Source: Hyaloraphidium curvatum SAG 235-1 (taxonomy: Eukaryota; Fungi; Monoblepharomycota). From it: 64,000 nucleotides of DNA. The stretch lies in NCBI GenBank assembly GCA_025558095.1, contig JAIVFI010000014.1, positions 372,001 through 436,000 of the forward strand. Direction: 5' to 3'. The notes beneath the pieces were generated by a model. The model saw only the letters and a program-made list of their open reading frames with translations, did not search any database and had not been told where the DNA came from. How positions within the stretch are numbered: the stretch's first letter is position 1; each line of letters starts with the position of its first letter. Positions 38,601 to 51,650 of the stretch are shown here, in pieces. The position numbers and the translations under genes are program-made.

Positions 38601-39946
38601 TTCACGAGCAGCGGCGCACTCAGTTCAACCAGAAGCCGTTCTTCCGGCTGTTCTCGAGCCTCCTCTACGACCTGAACACATTCCAGGACTCGTTGCAGCC
38701 CATTTATTTCCAGATCCTCTCGGCCTTGAGGTAGGCACGGGCCACGAGCGGTGCGAGTCAAGGCCACTCACTTTGCTTTCCTGCGCAGCAACACATTCCA
38801 CACCCTGCAGCCCATCTTCCTCCCCGCTTTCACCTTCTCGTGGCTGCAGCTGGTGTCGCACCGGCACTTCATGGCAAAGCTCCTGAGCCAGGAGGCGCAA
38901 AAGGGTTGGCCGTTTTTCCAGCGCCTTTTGGTGGATCTGTTCAAGTTCCTCGGGCCGTTCCTGCGCAACGACGTTGAGCTGAAGGACCACGTCCGGGTCC
39001 TGTACAAGGGGACGCTTCGCATCATGCTCGTGCTCCTCCACGACTTCCCCGAGTTTCTGAGCGGATACCACTTCAGCCTCACGGACGTCATCCCTCTTTC
39101 CTGCATCCAGCTGAGGAACCTTATCCTGAGCGCGTTCCCGAGGAACATGCGTTTGCCGGACCCCTTTACTCCAAACCTGAAGGTCGATCTGCTGCCTGAA
39201 ATCAACCAGTCGCCGGTGATCCTTTCGGAGTACACGGCCGCACTCATGCCCAACAATCTAAAGGGCGACATCGGTGGGTGGCTCGACGATGAAGCTTTCG
39301 CCGTTTCTCACCGTGCCTCGGCAGACAACTACCTCAGGAACAGGGGTCCGGTCAGCTTCCTGCTGGATCTCCGCAACAACCTCGCGGCCAACTCGAACGC
39401 GATCGACCCTACGCTCGCCCCGGGCAAGTTCAGCTTCCCGGTCATCAACTCCCTGGTCCTGTATGTCGGCGTGATGGCGATCGCCCAGCTGCAGAGCAAG
39501 ACCGTCCAGGGCGCCAGCCCGATTACGCACAGCGCGTACATGGACGTCTTCCAGCAGCTCATCATGGACCTGGACACCGAAGGACGCTACTACTTCCTCA
39601 GCGCCATTGCCAACCAGCTGCGGTACCCCAACAGCCACACCCACTACTTCAGCTGCGTCCTCCTCTACCTCTTTGCCGAAGCGAACCAGGAGGTCATCCA
39701 GGAACAAATCACGCGCGTTCTTCTCGAGAGGCTTATCGTGAACCGACCTCACCCGTGGTGAGTAGTTAGAAACGCAGGTCCTGTTGCACTCTCCTGACGG
39801 TAAAACCGTGCTGCAGGGGTCTGCTCATAACCTTCATCGAGCTGATCAAGAACCCCCGCTACAACTTCTGGAAGATATCCAACGTTTGGAGAAGCAGCTC
39901 TCGGGACGTGGAAAGGCTCTTTGAGAGCATCTCTCGCTTGGTGTAA
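32637..39946 (+). CDS. NOT1: CCR4-NOT scaffold subunit Not1
   Basis: [85 protein letters not shown]. Confidence 0.97.
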
Positions 39947-40007
39947 CCGATGCCCACGATACCACCTCGGGCGTGTAGATCTGTGACTTTGACGTACATA
40001 GATTGTA

Positions 40008-41834
40008 TTAGTCGCGTTTCGCGCCGGCCCCAACAGAGCACACGTCGTCGAAGGACAATTCGGCTATGTGCAGATCAGGCTCGAACTGAACCACCACGCG
40101 CTCTTTGTCCTTGTCCTTCTGGACGACGGTGCCCAGCTGACCCATGACGGCTCCGGCCTGCTTGCTGTTGGCCGCAACGACCATCACCCGCTCGTTCAGA
40201 CCGGGCACAACAGTCTCGAGGTCGCGCTCAGAGACATCCTCGTAGAGCTCGCCCGCATCCGACCGCAACGTAGCATAGCCTGGCCGCGTCACATCGGCGA
40301 CCGCCAGCTTCCGCTTGTACAGATCGCCGAACGCGAGCTTCTTGCTGATCACCCTGACGATGAGGTGGGGATGGAGCCAAGCCCGTCGACCTTCGCGGTC
40401 ACGATCCCTCGACGACGCAGCGGACGGCGCGGGAGAACCCCTCCCAGCGTCCTGTACCCGAGCCAACGACGGGTTGGAGGGGACAGGCTCACGTTTGGCC
40501 TTAGCATCGTCCAACGCAGGCCCCGAAGGAGTGGCGCTTCGAGACTGGCGCTCGTCCTTCCTGTCGGCATTGCCATGGCCGTTCGTCCGCCCGCCGGCTG
40601 ATGCCCGGTCCCTCGACCCTGATCGCGAGCGAGATCGCGAGCGGGGTCTCTCCACGACCTTGAGCTCGTCCTCGTAAAAGCGCTCCACCCTCCGTCCCCT
40701 CTCCAGCTCGACCGTGTACACGAGCTCCTTTCCCTTGGTTCGGAACCGCAGGACCGTGCCGCGCCACCCCTTGAACTGACCCGCGGTCGCCACAACCGTG
40801 GTGCCTTCCTTGTGCGCGCGGCTCTCCAGGGCACGCACTTCGTGGTCGACGCCGATTTCCCGGTAATGGCGCCTCCTCCCATCGTCGAGCTCGACCGGAG
40901 CATAGTCCTTGCCGCGCGGTTCGCGCGACTCGCCCGGCTTCGGAGGCCGCTTGGACTTTGTCGGCGGTGCCGGCAAATCCGCGGGCTGGGCCCCCAGACC
41001 GAGGAGCTCCGGGCGAGCAATGAACTCGATGGGGTTCAGCATGCTGCAGAACGAAGGACAGGCGAGGGTGAATGAGCAAACAGAACTCGGCAAAGAAGCA
41101 AACGGGAGGGCAACCCACGCGTTCTTCTTGTTGCGCCCGATTCCTTGGCCTTCCTTCCACCCCATGCCGCGCAGCAAAGCTGCACCAAACTGGTCCACGG
41201 GGACCTTTTCGTAGTCCTCCAACGTCGCCTCGTCTGGACGCAGCGCGACGTCGTGGCGGTACTTTTCCGCGTCCGTGAGGTGTTCCGTGAGTCCCGGCAC
41301 AGCATTTTGCTGCAGGATGGGGACAGGAATGCTGGAAACCACGATGGCGCTGCTGCCTTCGGGCTTGTCCAGGTCCGCGAGCAGGGCAGCAGCCGCAACT
41401 TCGTCCGTGACAGGTCCGTTGAAGCGCGGCTTGACGTCTTCCGGCTCCGCTACCGCCGCATCCGCAGACGGCTCTGCGTCTGGCAAGGCCCCAGCATCGC
41501 CCTCCGTTTGCTTGGACGACTTGCTCGGCAGCACGAGGCCGTAGGTCGTGAGCGCAGCCGCCTGTCGCGGCTGGGCCAGCGGCTGCTGCTCCGTGCGTCC
41601 GCGGACCTCAGCAATCCCCTCTGCCTGATCCTGCGTCCGCCACACGTTCGCGGCGATCAACGGGATCACCAGCGGCGCGGGAGCCTTCTTGCGCTCGCCC
41701 CCGAAGTCCGTCAGGGCCTCGTCCCGTTCCCCGCCCGCGTCCTCCTCGGCCTCGCTCAGCGCCGCACGTTTGCGCTTGGCACTCTGCCCGGCGGCGCCCC
41801 CGAGGACGAGCGATATCCGCGGGCCCGAGTCCAT
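40008..41834 (-). CDS. SPP2: G-patch/KOW splicing factor Spp2/GPKOW
   Basis: DYEKVPVDQFGAALLRGMGWKEGQGIG, RPELLGLGA; C-terminal KOW/KIN17-like WLHPHLIVRVI...LETVVP. Confidence 0.88.
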   Translation of the reverse strand: MDSGPRISLVLGGAAGQSAKRKRAALSEAEEDAGGERDEALTDFGGERKKAPAPLVIPLIAANVWRTQDQAEGIAEVRGRTEQQPLAQPRQAAALTTYGLVLPSKSSKQTEGDAGALPDAEPSADAAVAEPEDVKPRFNGPVTDEVAAAALLADLDKPEGSSAIVVSSIPVPILQQNAVPGLTEHLTDAEKYRHDVALRPDEATLEDYEKVPVDQFGAALLRGMGWKEGQGIGRNKKNAWVALPFASLPSSVCSFTLACPSFCSMLNPIEFIARPELLGLGAQPADLPAPPTKSKRPPKPGESREPRGKDYAPVELDDGRRRHYREIGVDHEVRALESRAHKEGTTVVATAGQFKGWRGTVLRFRTKGKELVYTVELERGRRVERFYEDELKVVERPRSRSRSRSGSRDRASAGGRTNGHGNADRKDERQSRSATPSGPALDDAKAKREPVPSNPSLARVQDAGRGSPAPSAASSRDRDREGRRAWLHPHLIVRVISKKLAFGDLYKRKLAVADVTRPGYATLRSDAGELYEDVSERDLETVVPGLNERVMVVAANSKQAGAVMGQLGTVVQKDKDKERVVVQFEPDLHIAELSFDDVCSVGAGAKRD

Positions 41835-41907
41835 ACTGCGCAGAAAGTTGGGACAAGTTGGGGCGCGGGGCGAGACGATCATCATGCAGCATCCCAACGC
41901 TTCGCAG

Positions 41908-43686
41908 ATGGCGGCCTCGGGCGGCTCGCCCGACCTCGAGCTGCTGATCAGATCGGCGGCCGATGCGCTGGGCATCAATCTCGCCGCCGGGGCCGCGTCG
42001 GCCGCGCCGGGGGATTCGCCGCTGCACGTTCTCCGCGGCGACCTCGAGTACCGGCTGAAGGAGCTCGTCAATGTGGATAGGCGTTTCCTGGGCCTATCGC
42101 GGCCTCGTATGGGATCTTTCTGACCGGAATTTCGCCCTCGTTGCTCCTTCCGATGGGTCTGCTGCGGGATCGTCGCGTCGGGACACCACCGGACATTGTC
42201 GTGACCGCACATAGGACGCTCACAAGTTCATGAGACACTCCAGGAGGAAACGGTTGACCGCTGCCGACATCAATAATGCGCTGCGCATGAGGAATGCCGA
42301 GGTGCGCCCGTCTCCACCGCGATTGGGCTGTGGAGGGACCTTGAGCCGCGATGGCCGCCTCCCAGCCCTTGTACGGTTTCGGCGCCCCTTCCGTGGAGCC
42401 GCCTGCCGCGGTAGCCGAAGGGAAAGAGGGAGAGCAGGTCTACCGGGTCCAAGACGAGGAAATCAACCTGGATGACCTCATCAACACCCCGCTCCCGGCC
42501 GTTCCCCTGGATGTCGTATACACGGGTGGGTTTCCGGTCTTGCTAGTGGAGTATTCGTGCCTCATCTTTCGCGGCATGGACAGCTCACTGGCTGGCCGTC
42601 GAGGGCGTTCAACCTGCCATTCCCCAGAACCCGTCCCGTGGGTCCTCTTCCGCGCTTTGTCCGATATACCTTCCCGACCAACGTCTCGCAGCTGCTCGAC
42701 CGTCAGAAAAAGCACCCGAAGTCCCGCTGGTCAAGCACGTGCTGTCGCGCTCCTTGATGGTGTACCACGACAAGATGACCGCTGCTCTCCTGGGCGACGA
42801 CCCCACGTTGAAAAACGAGGCATTCAAGCACCTGGCATCGGACACTGGGATCACAGAGCTGGCGCCTTACTTGGTGTCGATGGTAGGGGAGAAGGTGACG
42901 TCGGGCATCGGGAATCTGGACCTGCTGTGGCGCATGATGAAGCTCGTAGAGAGTCTGCTGGACAACCCGGAAATCGACCTGGAGCCCTACGTCGGTGTTG
43001 TGCCGGGCCTTCGATTGGTCTTTGATATTGACGGGACCGGCGCCGTTCTGCAGATCCACCAGCTGATGCCGACGGTGCTCACCTGCCTCGTCGGAAAGCG
43101 GTTATCGCCCCCGGAGGAGGACCATTGGGCCTTGCGGCGCCACGCCGCGAAGCTCGCCGCACGGATATGTCGCGATTACGGCGGCAAATACGCCAGTCTG
43201 CAGCCCCGGACGACGAAGACTCTGCTCCGTGCCTTCTTGGACATTCAGAAGCCGCGCCCAACCCACTACGGTGCGGTCATCGGACTTGGGGAGCTGGGGA
43301 AGGAAGCTGTCCGGCTGCTGGTTCTGCCGAACCTTCCCGTTTACGCTGTCGGGCTTCGGGAGACTTTGCCTGATCCCGCTGCGCCGCCGAGCGAAGGCTT
43401 TGACGAGGCTCGGGAGGAAGCCAGGAAGGTGTTTGAAGCGGTTGTGGTGCGCTCGTCGTTTGGCCGTATCTACGTTGCGGGCGGCTGATCGCCGCTTCCA
43501 CCGCAGACGGTTGCCGGCAACGTCATGAAGGATGATTTGGACCTTCCGACGGCGCCGCAAGACGTTCGGCAACATCTTCTGGACACGTATGGCGACTATT
43601 TTGGGGAGGCGCTCTATCACATGGTGCGTGGGCAGGGAAACGGACTGGATTCGAAGGGCCAAAACGTGGACATGATGGAGCATTGA
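41908..43686 (+). CDS. TAF6: TFIID/SAGA subunit Taf6
   Basis: DLEYRLKE...KFMRHSRRKRLT..DINNALR..N.EPLYG, HWLAVEGVQPAIPQNP, HQLMP.VLTCLVGK, THYGA..GL. Confidence 0.93.
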
Positions 43687-43773
43687 GGCTGGGATGGACG
43701 TAGCGATACCCGGATACCCCGTCGGCAAAAGCTGCCTCAATTGTCAATGTACATGGGTCTGCAGCAGCGTCCT

Positions 43774-44368
43774 CTAGAATCTGTCGAAGAAGCGACCGTG
43801 AGATACCGCGCACCGCTGAAATCGATCACCCTACCTCAGCTTCTTGAAGAACCAGCTGTTCTTGCCCGAAACGTAACGCTCCTCGAACGCCTTCTTCACC
43901 GCCTTTCGCGCCTCGACCCTCTTCGTCTCGTCCATCAGCGCCTCCGTCGTCACGATTTGCCGCAGACCGTCGGCGAGGTCAAGGGTGTACCTGTGCCAGC
44001 CACCCCATCAGGCCAGGCTCGATGGCAAAGCAGCAGTCCTCCTCACCGAGTCGGCATCAGGTGGTTGTAGTTCACCACCTTGATGAACGGCTTGACCCGC
44101 GACCGCTTCGCCACCTTCTTCTGCGACATCCGCTTGTGCACCTTCAGCGGGTAGCGGGCAATGCCGGCAACGATTGCGTGCGGGTATTGCCGGTCGTTCG
44201 AGCCATCGTCAAGGTCTGAATGACGGGAAGCAAGTGCCGAGACAACCGTAAGGAAGGCTCCCCACTCCAGACCGCGCATGACCTACTCTTGACGATCACG
44301 GCCTTCTTCCCCGCGTACCGCCCGTGAAGGATAAGCACCACCTTCGAGTTCTTGATGAACTTCGGCAT
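43774..44368 (-). CDS. RPL27: 60S ribosomal protein eL27
   Basis: [27 protein letters not shown]...[13 protein letters not shown]...[12 protein letters not shown]. Confidence 0.97.
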
Positions 44369-44371
44369 GGT

Positions 44372-44823
44372 CTGGGACGGGAGCCAGATGTGAGCCAATG
44401 AACGCTGGTCCGGGTCCCGTTGCCCTCCAAAGTGCGTCCCAGATCGCTGGGCATCGCTCCATATGCACCGGGCGAGATGCGTGTGGCTCGACGCCGGAAT
44501 GCCAGTATGGGCCCGCGACCGCGCGAGGACAGCAACACTGCTTCGCCGAGGGGATTCCCAGTCGCTCCGAACGCGTAGTCCGAGAGCGTCCTGGGTGTCC
44601 CTCGGTGTGAAGACACCACGATGCCGCCCTCCACGCCGGCGCCACCGTCCTCAGCTGTCTGCGGCCCAGGAACGGGAGCCGCCCGAGCATCCGACAGCCC
44701 GACTCGCGGCCCCTCCACCTCCACAGCTGGCCTTCCGAGCCCGGGAGACCCCACGTAGAAGAGAAAGGCGCCCAGGAACCCAAGACAATCGTCCCCGTGC
44801 CCTCCCGGTCCAGGGATACTCAC
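44372..44823 (-). other. Putative 5'-UTR intron of RPL27 (~452 nt)
   Basis: Branch GCTCAC and acceptor CCCAG lie 3 nt before the ATG. The candidate donor GTGAGT is at 44823; this donor is inferred. Confidence 0.5.
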
Positions 44824-44946
44824 GAGAGAGTGCGAAATGTACGGGAGGCGGTCAATGCTGTTTCCGGGTCAAAAGCTAGGACACTGCGTGACCTAGCGCG
44901 CGAAAATCCTTTCCCCAACACCCCCCACAGTGTGCCTTCCCCCACG

Positions 44947-46217
44947 ATGGCGCGGTCAAACGCGCCGGACCAGATCGTGATCCACCCGCTCGTCCTGCTC
45001 TCGGTGGTGGACCACTACAACCGCGTCGCCAAGAGCACAAAGAAGCGCGTCGTCGGCGTGCTCCTGGGCCAGTGGAAGGGCCGCACCGTGAACGTCGCCA
45101 ACAGCTACGCCCGTGGGCCTGCCACGATGTGCGTCCGGTGCCGTGCGGGCTGACGCGCCCGGGTGTTTTCGCAGTGCCGTTCGAGGAGGACGAGAAGGAC
45201 CCGTCGGTATGGTTCCTGGACCACAACTACCATGAGGCGATGTACGACATGTTCAAGAAGGTCAACGGTTGGTCGCAACCCGGGGCCCGGACGTGGAGGA
45301 CCGGGAGTGCTCACCGGGCGGCCCGGGCACGCTCCCGACGCGATCTACGCAGCCAAGGAGAAGATGGTCGGCTGGTACCACTCGGGCCCCAAGCTGCGAG
45401 CGTCCGATCTGGAGATCAACGAGATGTTCAAGCGGTATACCCCGAATCCCGTGCTGGTCGTCGTCGACGTGAAGCCGAAGGACCTGGGCATCCCGACGGA
45501 CGGCTACTTTGCGGTGGAAGAGGTCCACGACGTGGGTCCGAGCTCGCCGACGGATCTCGACCGGGGCTCACTCTGTTTCGCAGGACGGGACGGCCACGAC
45601 CAAGACCTTCAACCACGTGCCCTCTTCTATCGAGGCGGAGGAGGCAGAAGAGATCGGCGTGGAACACCTGCTCCGGGACATCAAGGACAACGCGGTCGGC
45701 ACCCTGTCCACGGAGATCACCAACCAGCTGAACTCGCTCAAGGGCCTGCACATCCGGCTGGAGGAGATCAAGGACTACCTCGGCCGGGTCGTTGCGGGCG
45801 AGCTCCCAATCAACCACCAGATCATCTACAACCTCCAGGACATCTTCAACCTCCTCCCGAATCTCAACGTCGCGGACCTCGCCCGGTCGTTCTCGGTGCA
45901 GACCAACGACCAGATGCTCATCATCTACGTGTCGGCCCTCATCCGGGCCGTGATTGCGATCCACAACCTCATCAACAACAAGGTGAGCAACCAGCGTCCG
46001 GCAATCCAAGAGCGTTCCGCCCGTTTGGGCACTGTGATGATCACGCCGATGCTGACTATGTCCGCCCCCGCAGATCGAGTTGAAGGAGTCTGAAAACAAG
46101 CCCGACGAGGCCAAGGAAAAGGCGAAGAAGGATGCAAAGGCGGAAGACGCGGGGAAGAAGGAGGAACCGAAGGAGTCCGACAAGAAGGCCGAGGGAGAGC
46201 GAAAGTCCGACCAATGA
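44947..46217 (+). CDS. RPN8: 26S proteasome lid subunit Rpn8/PSMD7
   Basis: [64 protein letters not shown]. Confidence 0.97.
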
Positions 46218-46324
46218 CGGAGCTGCCACCGTGCCAAAGCTTGTACACGCCTCTGATACCCAAGATACCCTCCCCGCCGCATCCTGGCGCCTCCAGAGGT
46301 CCGAACGCCTCGGTGAAATAGTTC

Positions 46325-46779
46325 CTACTTTGCTACCTTCTCGATCGCTACCCGGACCGCGTCACGCAGCTCGTCCGCGAGCTTTGGCGGCACTTTGTCC
46401 CTGCTGATCGGCAGCACCTCGTTCGCGAGCTGCTCTGCCGTAATGTTCTCAACTCCTCGGCGGTCCACGATGGCTGCAAGAGCCCATTCTCGGTTGAGCG
46501 CAGCGGGGAGTAGGCGACCCGGTCCACGTACTCCGGCATTCCTCTTCCACCTGCTCCCTCCAACCCGATTCTGCCAATCTTTGCCTAAAGTACTCCTTCA
46601 GCCTGACAGGCGTTGTCGCTCATTACTGGGTGTCCCCGTGTCCCAAGGCTCCCAGCCTACCTCTCCAGTTCCCCTAAACGCGTGCGCATGTCAGCAACAA
46701 CCCCCGGTACACGCCAAAATGCATCAAGCTGACCTTGCTCTGCCAGTTTCAGGGCTATTTCGTCTCCTTTGAACGCCAT
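46325..46779 (-). CDS. SUS1: Sus1/ENY2 (SAGA DUB and TREX-2); 4 small exons, missed by the ORF track
   Basis: Spliced sequence MAFKGDEIALKLAEQGELERLKEYFRQRLAESGWREQVEEECRTIVDRRGVENITAEQLANEVLPISRDKVPPKLADELRDAVR matches the ENY2 pattern. Confidence 0.82.
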
Positions 46780-46879
46780 GTCCGTGAAGCGTGAAGTCGG
46801 TTGCGTGACCGCCGGCTTGCCCCAGCGTGCGAGTCGCGCGTTAGCGCGCAGCAACATCTCACTCTTTCCTCGCACAAAG

Positions 46880-47428
46880 ATGACGAGGTTAGCACGGGGG
46901 CACCTTACGGAGCCTCAATTTCCAAGCTATGGAGCACGGCGCTGACGATGCATCGCGTTCCGCGACCGCCGCAGCGAGCTGAGGAGCAAGCCGAAGTCGG
47001 AGCTCACGGAGGCGGAAATCAAGAAGCTCGAGGAGGAGGAGTTCAATACCGGACCACTGTCCATGCTCACCATGGCGGTGAAGAACGGGAACCAGATCCT
47101 GGTTAGCTGCAGGAACAACAGGAAGCTGCTCGGGCGCGTCAAGGCGTTCGACCGGCATATGAACCTTGTCCTCGGTGCGCACACCGCAGCCAGACCGCGC
47201 GAACGCCACTGATGCTTCCTTTTCGATCAGAGAACGTGAAGGAAATGTGGACCGAGGTGCCCAAGACGGGCAAGGGGAAGAAGAAGGCGAAACCCGTCAA
47301 CCGCGATCGGTTCATCAGCAAACTCTTCCTCCGCGGCGATTCGGTGGGTTTTGGCGTGGTGTCTGCTTTTGTCCGATGTCTGACCGCTGCGTCGTCGGCA
47401 GGTGATCCTCATTCTTAGGAATTCGTAG
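46880..47428 (+). CDS. SMD2: Sm core protein D2
   Basis: KPKSELT...[13 protein letters not shown]...[31 protein letters not shown]...[20 protein letters not shown]. Confidence 0.97.
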
Positions 47429-47548
47429 CCCGTGGGAGAAGGAAGATCGCGGCCGACCGGGATGGCTATCGTATTCAGCTTACAACATGGAAATGTGCGA
47501 AATGTACAGGTGTCTAGATCAGGGTATCGTCAACCACGCGGCCCGCGT

Positions 47549-50500
47549 CTACTTGCGCTTCTTGGAGGGTCGATCGTCGTCGGAGCCCTGTCCTTTCCGC
47601 TTCGCCTCCTTCTTTTCGTCCGCTGGGAAGGTGTCGTCAGCATGATGACATCATGGGACCGCGACGAACCCACATTTGCGCGCCTTTGCCTCCAGCTCGT
47701 CCCAATCCTCGCCACTTTCGTCGTCCTCCGCAGGGCTCGAGTCATCCTCCGACTCGGCGTCAAAATCGCTCTCGGAGTCCTCCGACGACGATTCCTCCTC
47801 ATCGGAGCCCTCGGACATGTACTCGGACACGTCCGACTCGGAGTCGTTCTCGTGGTCGCTCTGCAAAAGGGCATTCAGGTCATACCATACCTCTCCCAAC
47901 CGGGGGGGGGGGGGCGAGCTCACGTGTTCCGTGTCCAAGAAGCTCCACCCGCCGTCGCGGAAAAAGGCCGCGGGGTCTTCGTTGACGGTTTTCATGATCT
48001 GAGTCCACACAAGGTTGACGGGACCCTCGGTGAAGGCAATGTCCATTTCGCTGGGTTCCAAAGTAAGCTCAAGGGTTCCCGAAACGGGCCAGCCGCAACA
48101 CTCACTCCAGCCACTCCTTCACGTGCTCCAGTTCCGCGATGGGGATGGAATTGATGTGAACGACCGGCCTGGCGTAGTCCTTGAAGATGAAGACCATGTC
48201 GAAGTTCTTCAGCCCGAACTGCACGCGCTCGAGGTGGACCTTTTCCACCTCGGCAATGTCGATGACCAGGTTCGGCAGCTCCGACAGCTGCACCAGGCAG
48301 TTCTCCGTCGGCATGAGCCTGACGAGCTCGCGGTGCGCCACGCCCTTGAAGCCCGCGCTTCGCAGAGGCACCTCGACGTCCAGGTCAAAGTTCTGCGACT
48401 TTGCCTGACGGGACGGAAACGGCACTGGATGAGCACATGCAGAAAGCAAGCCCAAAGCCGACGCACCTGCTCCCTGATCTTCTCCGAAAACTCCTTGAAC
48501 TCGCGGTTGAGCGCCTTCCGCCGCCTGCGCTCGTCCTCTTCCGCCTGCAGTTCGTCCTCGTCGCCGTACGTCGTCCGCCGCTTGCGGTTGCCCGTCTCGT
48601 CGAACGTGGCGTCCGAGACGTCGCGGTAGAACTGAACGTCCCGCGTCTTCTTCTTCCCGATCATGATGGGGTGCTTCAGGTGGCAGTGGATGAGGACGAA
48701 GAGCTCCTGCTCGCAAGGCTGGTAGAAGAGGTGCTTGATGTTGCTGAAGAGGATGTCGATCCGGTGGTCCTGCTTTAGAGTCGTCTGATACCGCAGCCCG
48801 TTGCTGTGGATCTCGAGGTCACCGGCGGTCCGCCGGCTTTCGGGCTGAGGCCGGATGTAGCAATCCTTCAGCAAGAAAGGCCTCCGGCCCCTCATTTCCT
48901 GCAGCTTGGCCTGCTCCACCAGATCGGCCCTCTCCTTCCGCTCCGCCTCGCTGCGCGGGCATAAAGTTAGCAGGCATCCACCGAGCTGCATCCCGTCTGC
49001 GCACCTCTTGGTAAAGTCCTTCTTCATCTCGGTGATCTGCCTGTGCACGTTCTCGAACCGCGCGCTGTCCGTACTGCGGAACGCGATCGCACGGATGAAG
49101 GACGCGGTGGGATCGTCGATGGCGTAGGGGACCTCGGTCTTCTTGCCCGCGAGACCAGGGCCGATGAAGTTGAAGCGAAGAACGGTGTAGTCGCCCTCGT
49201 CGGATTTCGTGACGTTCTTGATGACGGCGATGTGGAACGGCACCGGAATGCCGTAAATCGGAAGCAAGACGGTCTGGTGGCTCGCATCGACAGTGATCTG
49301 CGGAACACGGAGCCGAATCAGCGGCACGCACGCCGCGCGGCGAACCCCAAGACCGTACCCGGACCTCCTTGGAGGAAGGCACCTGCTCGACCCTCTTGTA
49401 GCTCTCGGGCTTGCGGACGACGACTTCTTCCCCCTTGTTCTTGTAGTCCCCGTCCTGGTACTTTTTCAGGCCGGCTTGCTGGATCGAGTCCGCAAGTTGC
49501 TTCTGGTGGGCACGCCGGCGCGCCTCGATGCTGGCATCCGCTTCCTGCACAGAGAATGAGCACGCCACGTTGGCCCCAGAAATGAGAACACCAACATCAC
49601 GCTTCTGTTCGTTGCGCGTCCGCGTGGGGAGGATGGCGGAAGCCTTGTTCTTGACGGGCGAGGCTTTGCTCCCGTTCGGCTGCTTGTTCTCCTTCTTCTC
49701 CTTCGGGTCGTCGTCCTCGAAGTAGTAGCACACGGCCTCCTCGTCCTTCTTGCTGTTGGAAGTCAAGACGGTGGAGTCGTCCTTGCCCACCACGACCGTG
49801 TCGGCGATGTACAATGAGTAGCTGGGTTGCAACAAATCAGTCAGCGATTACAACCATCGGCAGCCGAACCTGCCCACGTTTTGGACTTGGAGTCGCGCGC
49901 CGTCGGCTCCGGAATGTTCTGGAATCCGAGGGCCAAATTGAAGACCATGTTCGTCTTGAGTTTCCGGTCGACCTTGTTGTTGAGGACGTACGCGGCCTCG
50001 CGCATCTCCGCGCCCATCGAGAAACCGCAGGTCTTGAGGAAGTACTGCTCCAGCTCCGGCCGGTTCTGCTTTATGAAGGCGACGGCCTGGTCGTAGACCT
50101 CCTTGACGGGGACGTCGTTCTTCAGCACATTCTTGAGCAGATGGTCCTGCAGCTGGAGCAGGAAGTTGTAGTTGGCGACGCGATTCTGCATGGCGGACGG
50201 TTAGCGAGCCGACATTCCGCCAGCATAACGCCTCACCTTGTTGGGATCGATCATGAACGTCCTCGCGATGTTGGAGCAGAAGCTCTTGTAGCGGACACCA
50301 AGGGAGCAAACAATCGTGCCCGCGTGCAGGGTGTCTTTGGTCGGCTTGGCCGCGGCCTTCAGGTCGTAGACGCCGCCCGACTGGACGAAGGGGGAATAGC
50401 ATTCCTCCACGGCCTCCAGGTCAGCCTGCACTCGAGAGAGCGGTCAGAAATTGTTGGTCTTAAAAGCAAGTCCTTACGTGCCTCCTGCGGAAGCTTGAGC

Positions 50501-51509
50501 TTCTTGTCCTTGCCCTCGATAGCCGCCCCGATGGCGCTCGAGAGCTTCTCGTGGCTGACTTTGTCACCCTTGTCAATGACGTCGAGGATCCTGTCGATGG
50601 CAAACTTCTCCATGACAAGGCCCGAGAGCTTGGCGGCCATTCGAATGGATTCCTGGGAACGGGCGGCCCGTGAGAATGCTGTGCGCACGCCACTCAAGCA
50701 GAGTAATCCCACCAGCGCATCCTCGTCCTTGACAGCGAGAATCCCCGAAAAACCCATGCTGACATCCACGGTGTCAAGCGTGACACCGGAGGAGGACAGG
50801 AACTTCTGCCACTCCTTGATGACAAAGTCGTCCTTCGCGACGATGCCCACGCGAGACTAGGCGGCCCGCGTCAATCGCGGACGACGCTTGACAACAGCCT
50901 ACTGCCCACCTTCTCGCCCTCGCCCTGGATAAGCCGGAGGAAGGCCTCGAACGCAGGTTGGTTCTCCGCCGCGAAGCTCTGGTCCTTCTTGTCCTTCTTG
51001 TAGGCCAAGATCTCGAGGTCCAGCGGGTTCTCGACGTCGGCAGCCTTGAGCTGCTGGAGGACCTCGGCTGCGCGAGACGTAAGCCCACCGGCCGGCGCCC
51101 GACGGCGGACTGCTGCGGACCTTTCTTCGGGCTCGTCAGGAAGGCGACCTTGTCCTGGGTGAACAGGATCGCGGTCTCGTTGAACTCGAACCCCACCAGC
51201 CAGATCTGGAGCGCCGTGGTCTTGACGTAGCTGTTCGCATCCTCGTCCGTGGTCGGCCCGTTGACGATGAGGAGCCTGTCGGCGTTCTGCCAATCGTCGC
51301 CCACGCGGCCGGCCTGGCCCGATGCAAACAACAAAGGGGCGTCGCGAGAGATCGAAAGACGTGGATCCAGGGAGAAACCGGCGGCGAGGGTCCGGAAACG
51401 CGTCGTGAGCACTGGGACGGGCGGCCCAGCCGGCGAGCGGCACCTTCCACGCGGAAAGCAGGCCGCGCGCGCGCCTGTGGAACTGCTTCGGATTGAGGGT
51501 GACGGACAT
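47549..51509 (-). CDS. SPT16: FACT subunit Spt16
   Basis: [68 protein letters not shown], and an acidic tail. Confidence 0.97.
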
Positions 51510-51650
51510 CGCGGCGTCGCCGGTGCCGACTGTGGAGGGAGCGAAGGGGGGGGCCGGTGATGGGTGAGCCCTCGAACGCGCGGCAGGCGAGATCTCCAAG
51601 GCGAACACGCTCCATCTACATCGCCCGCTTCGGACACTTACGGCGCCTCG

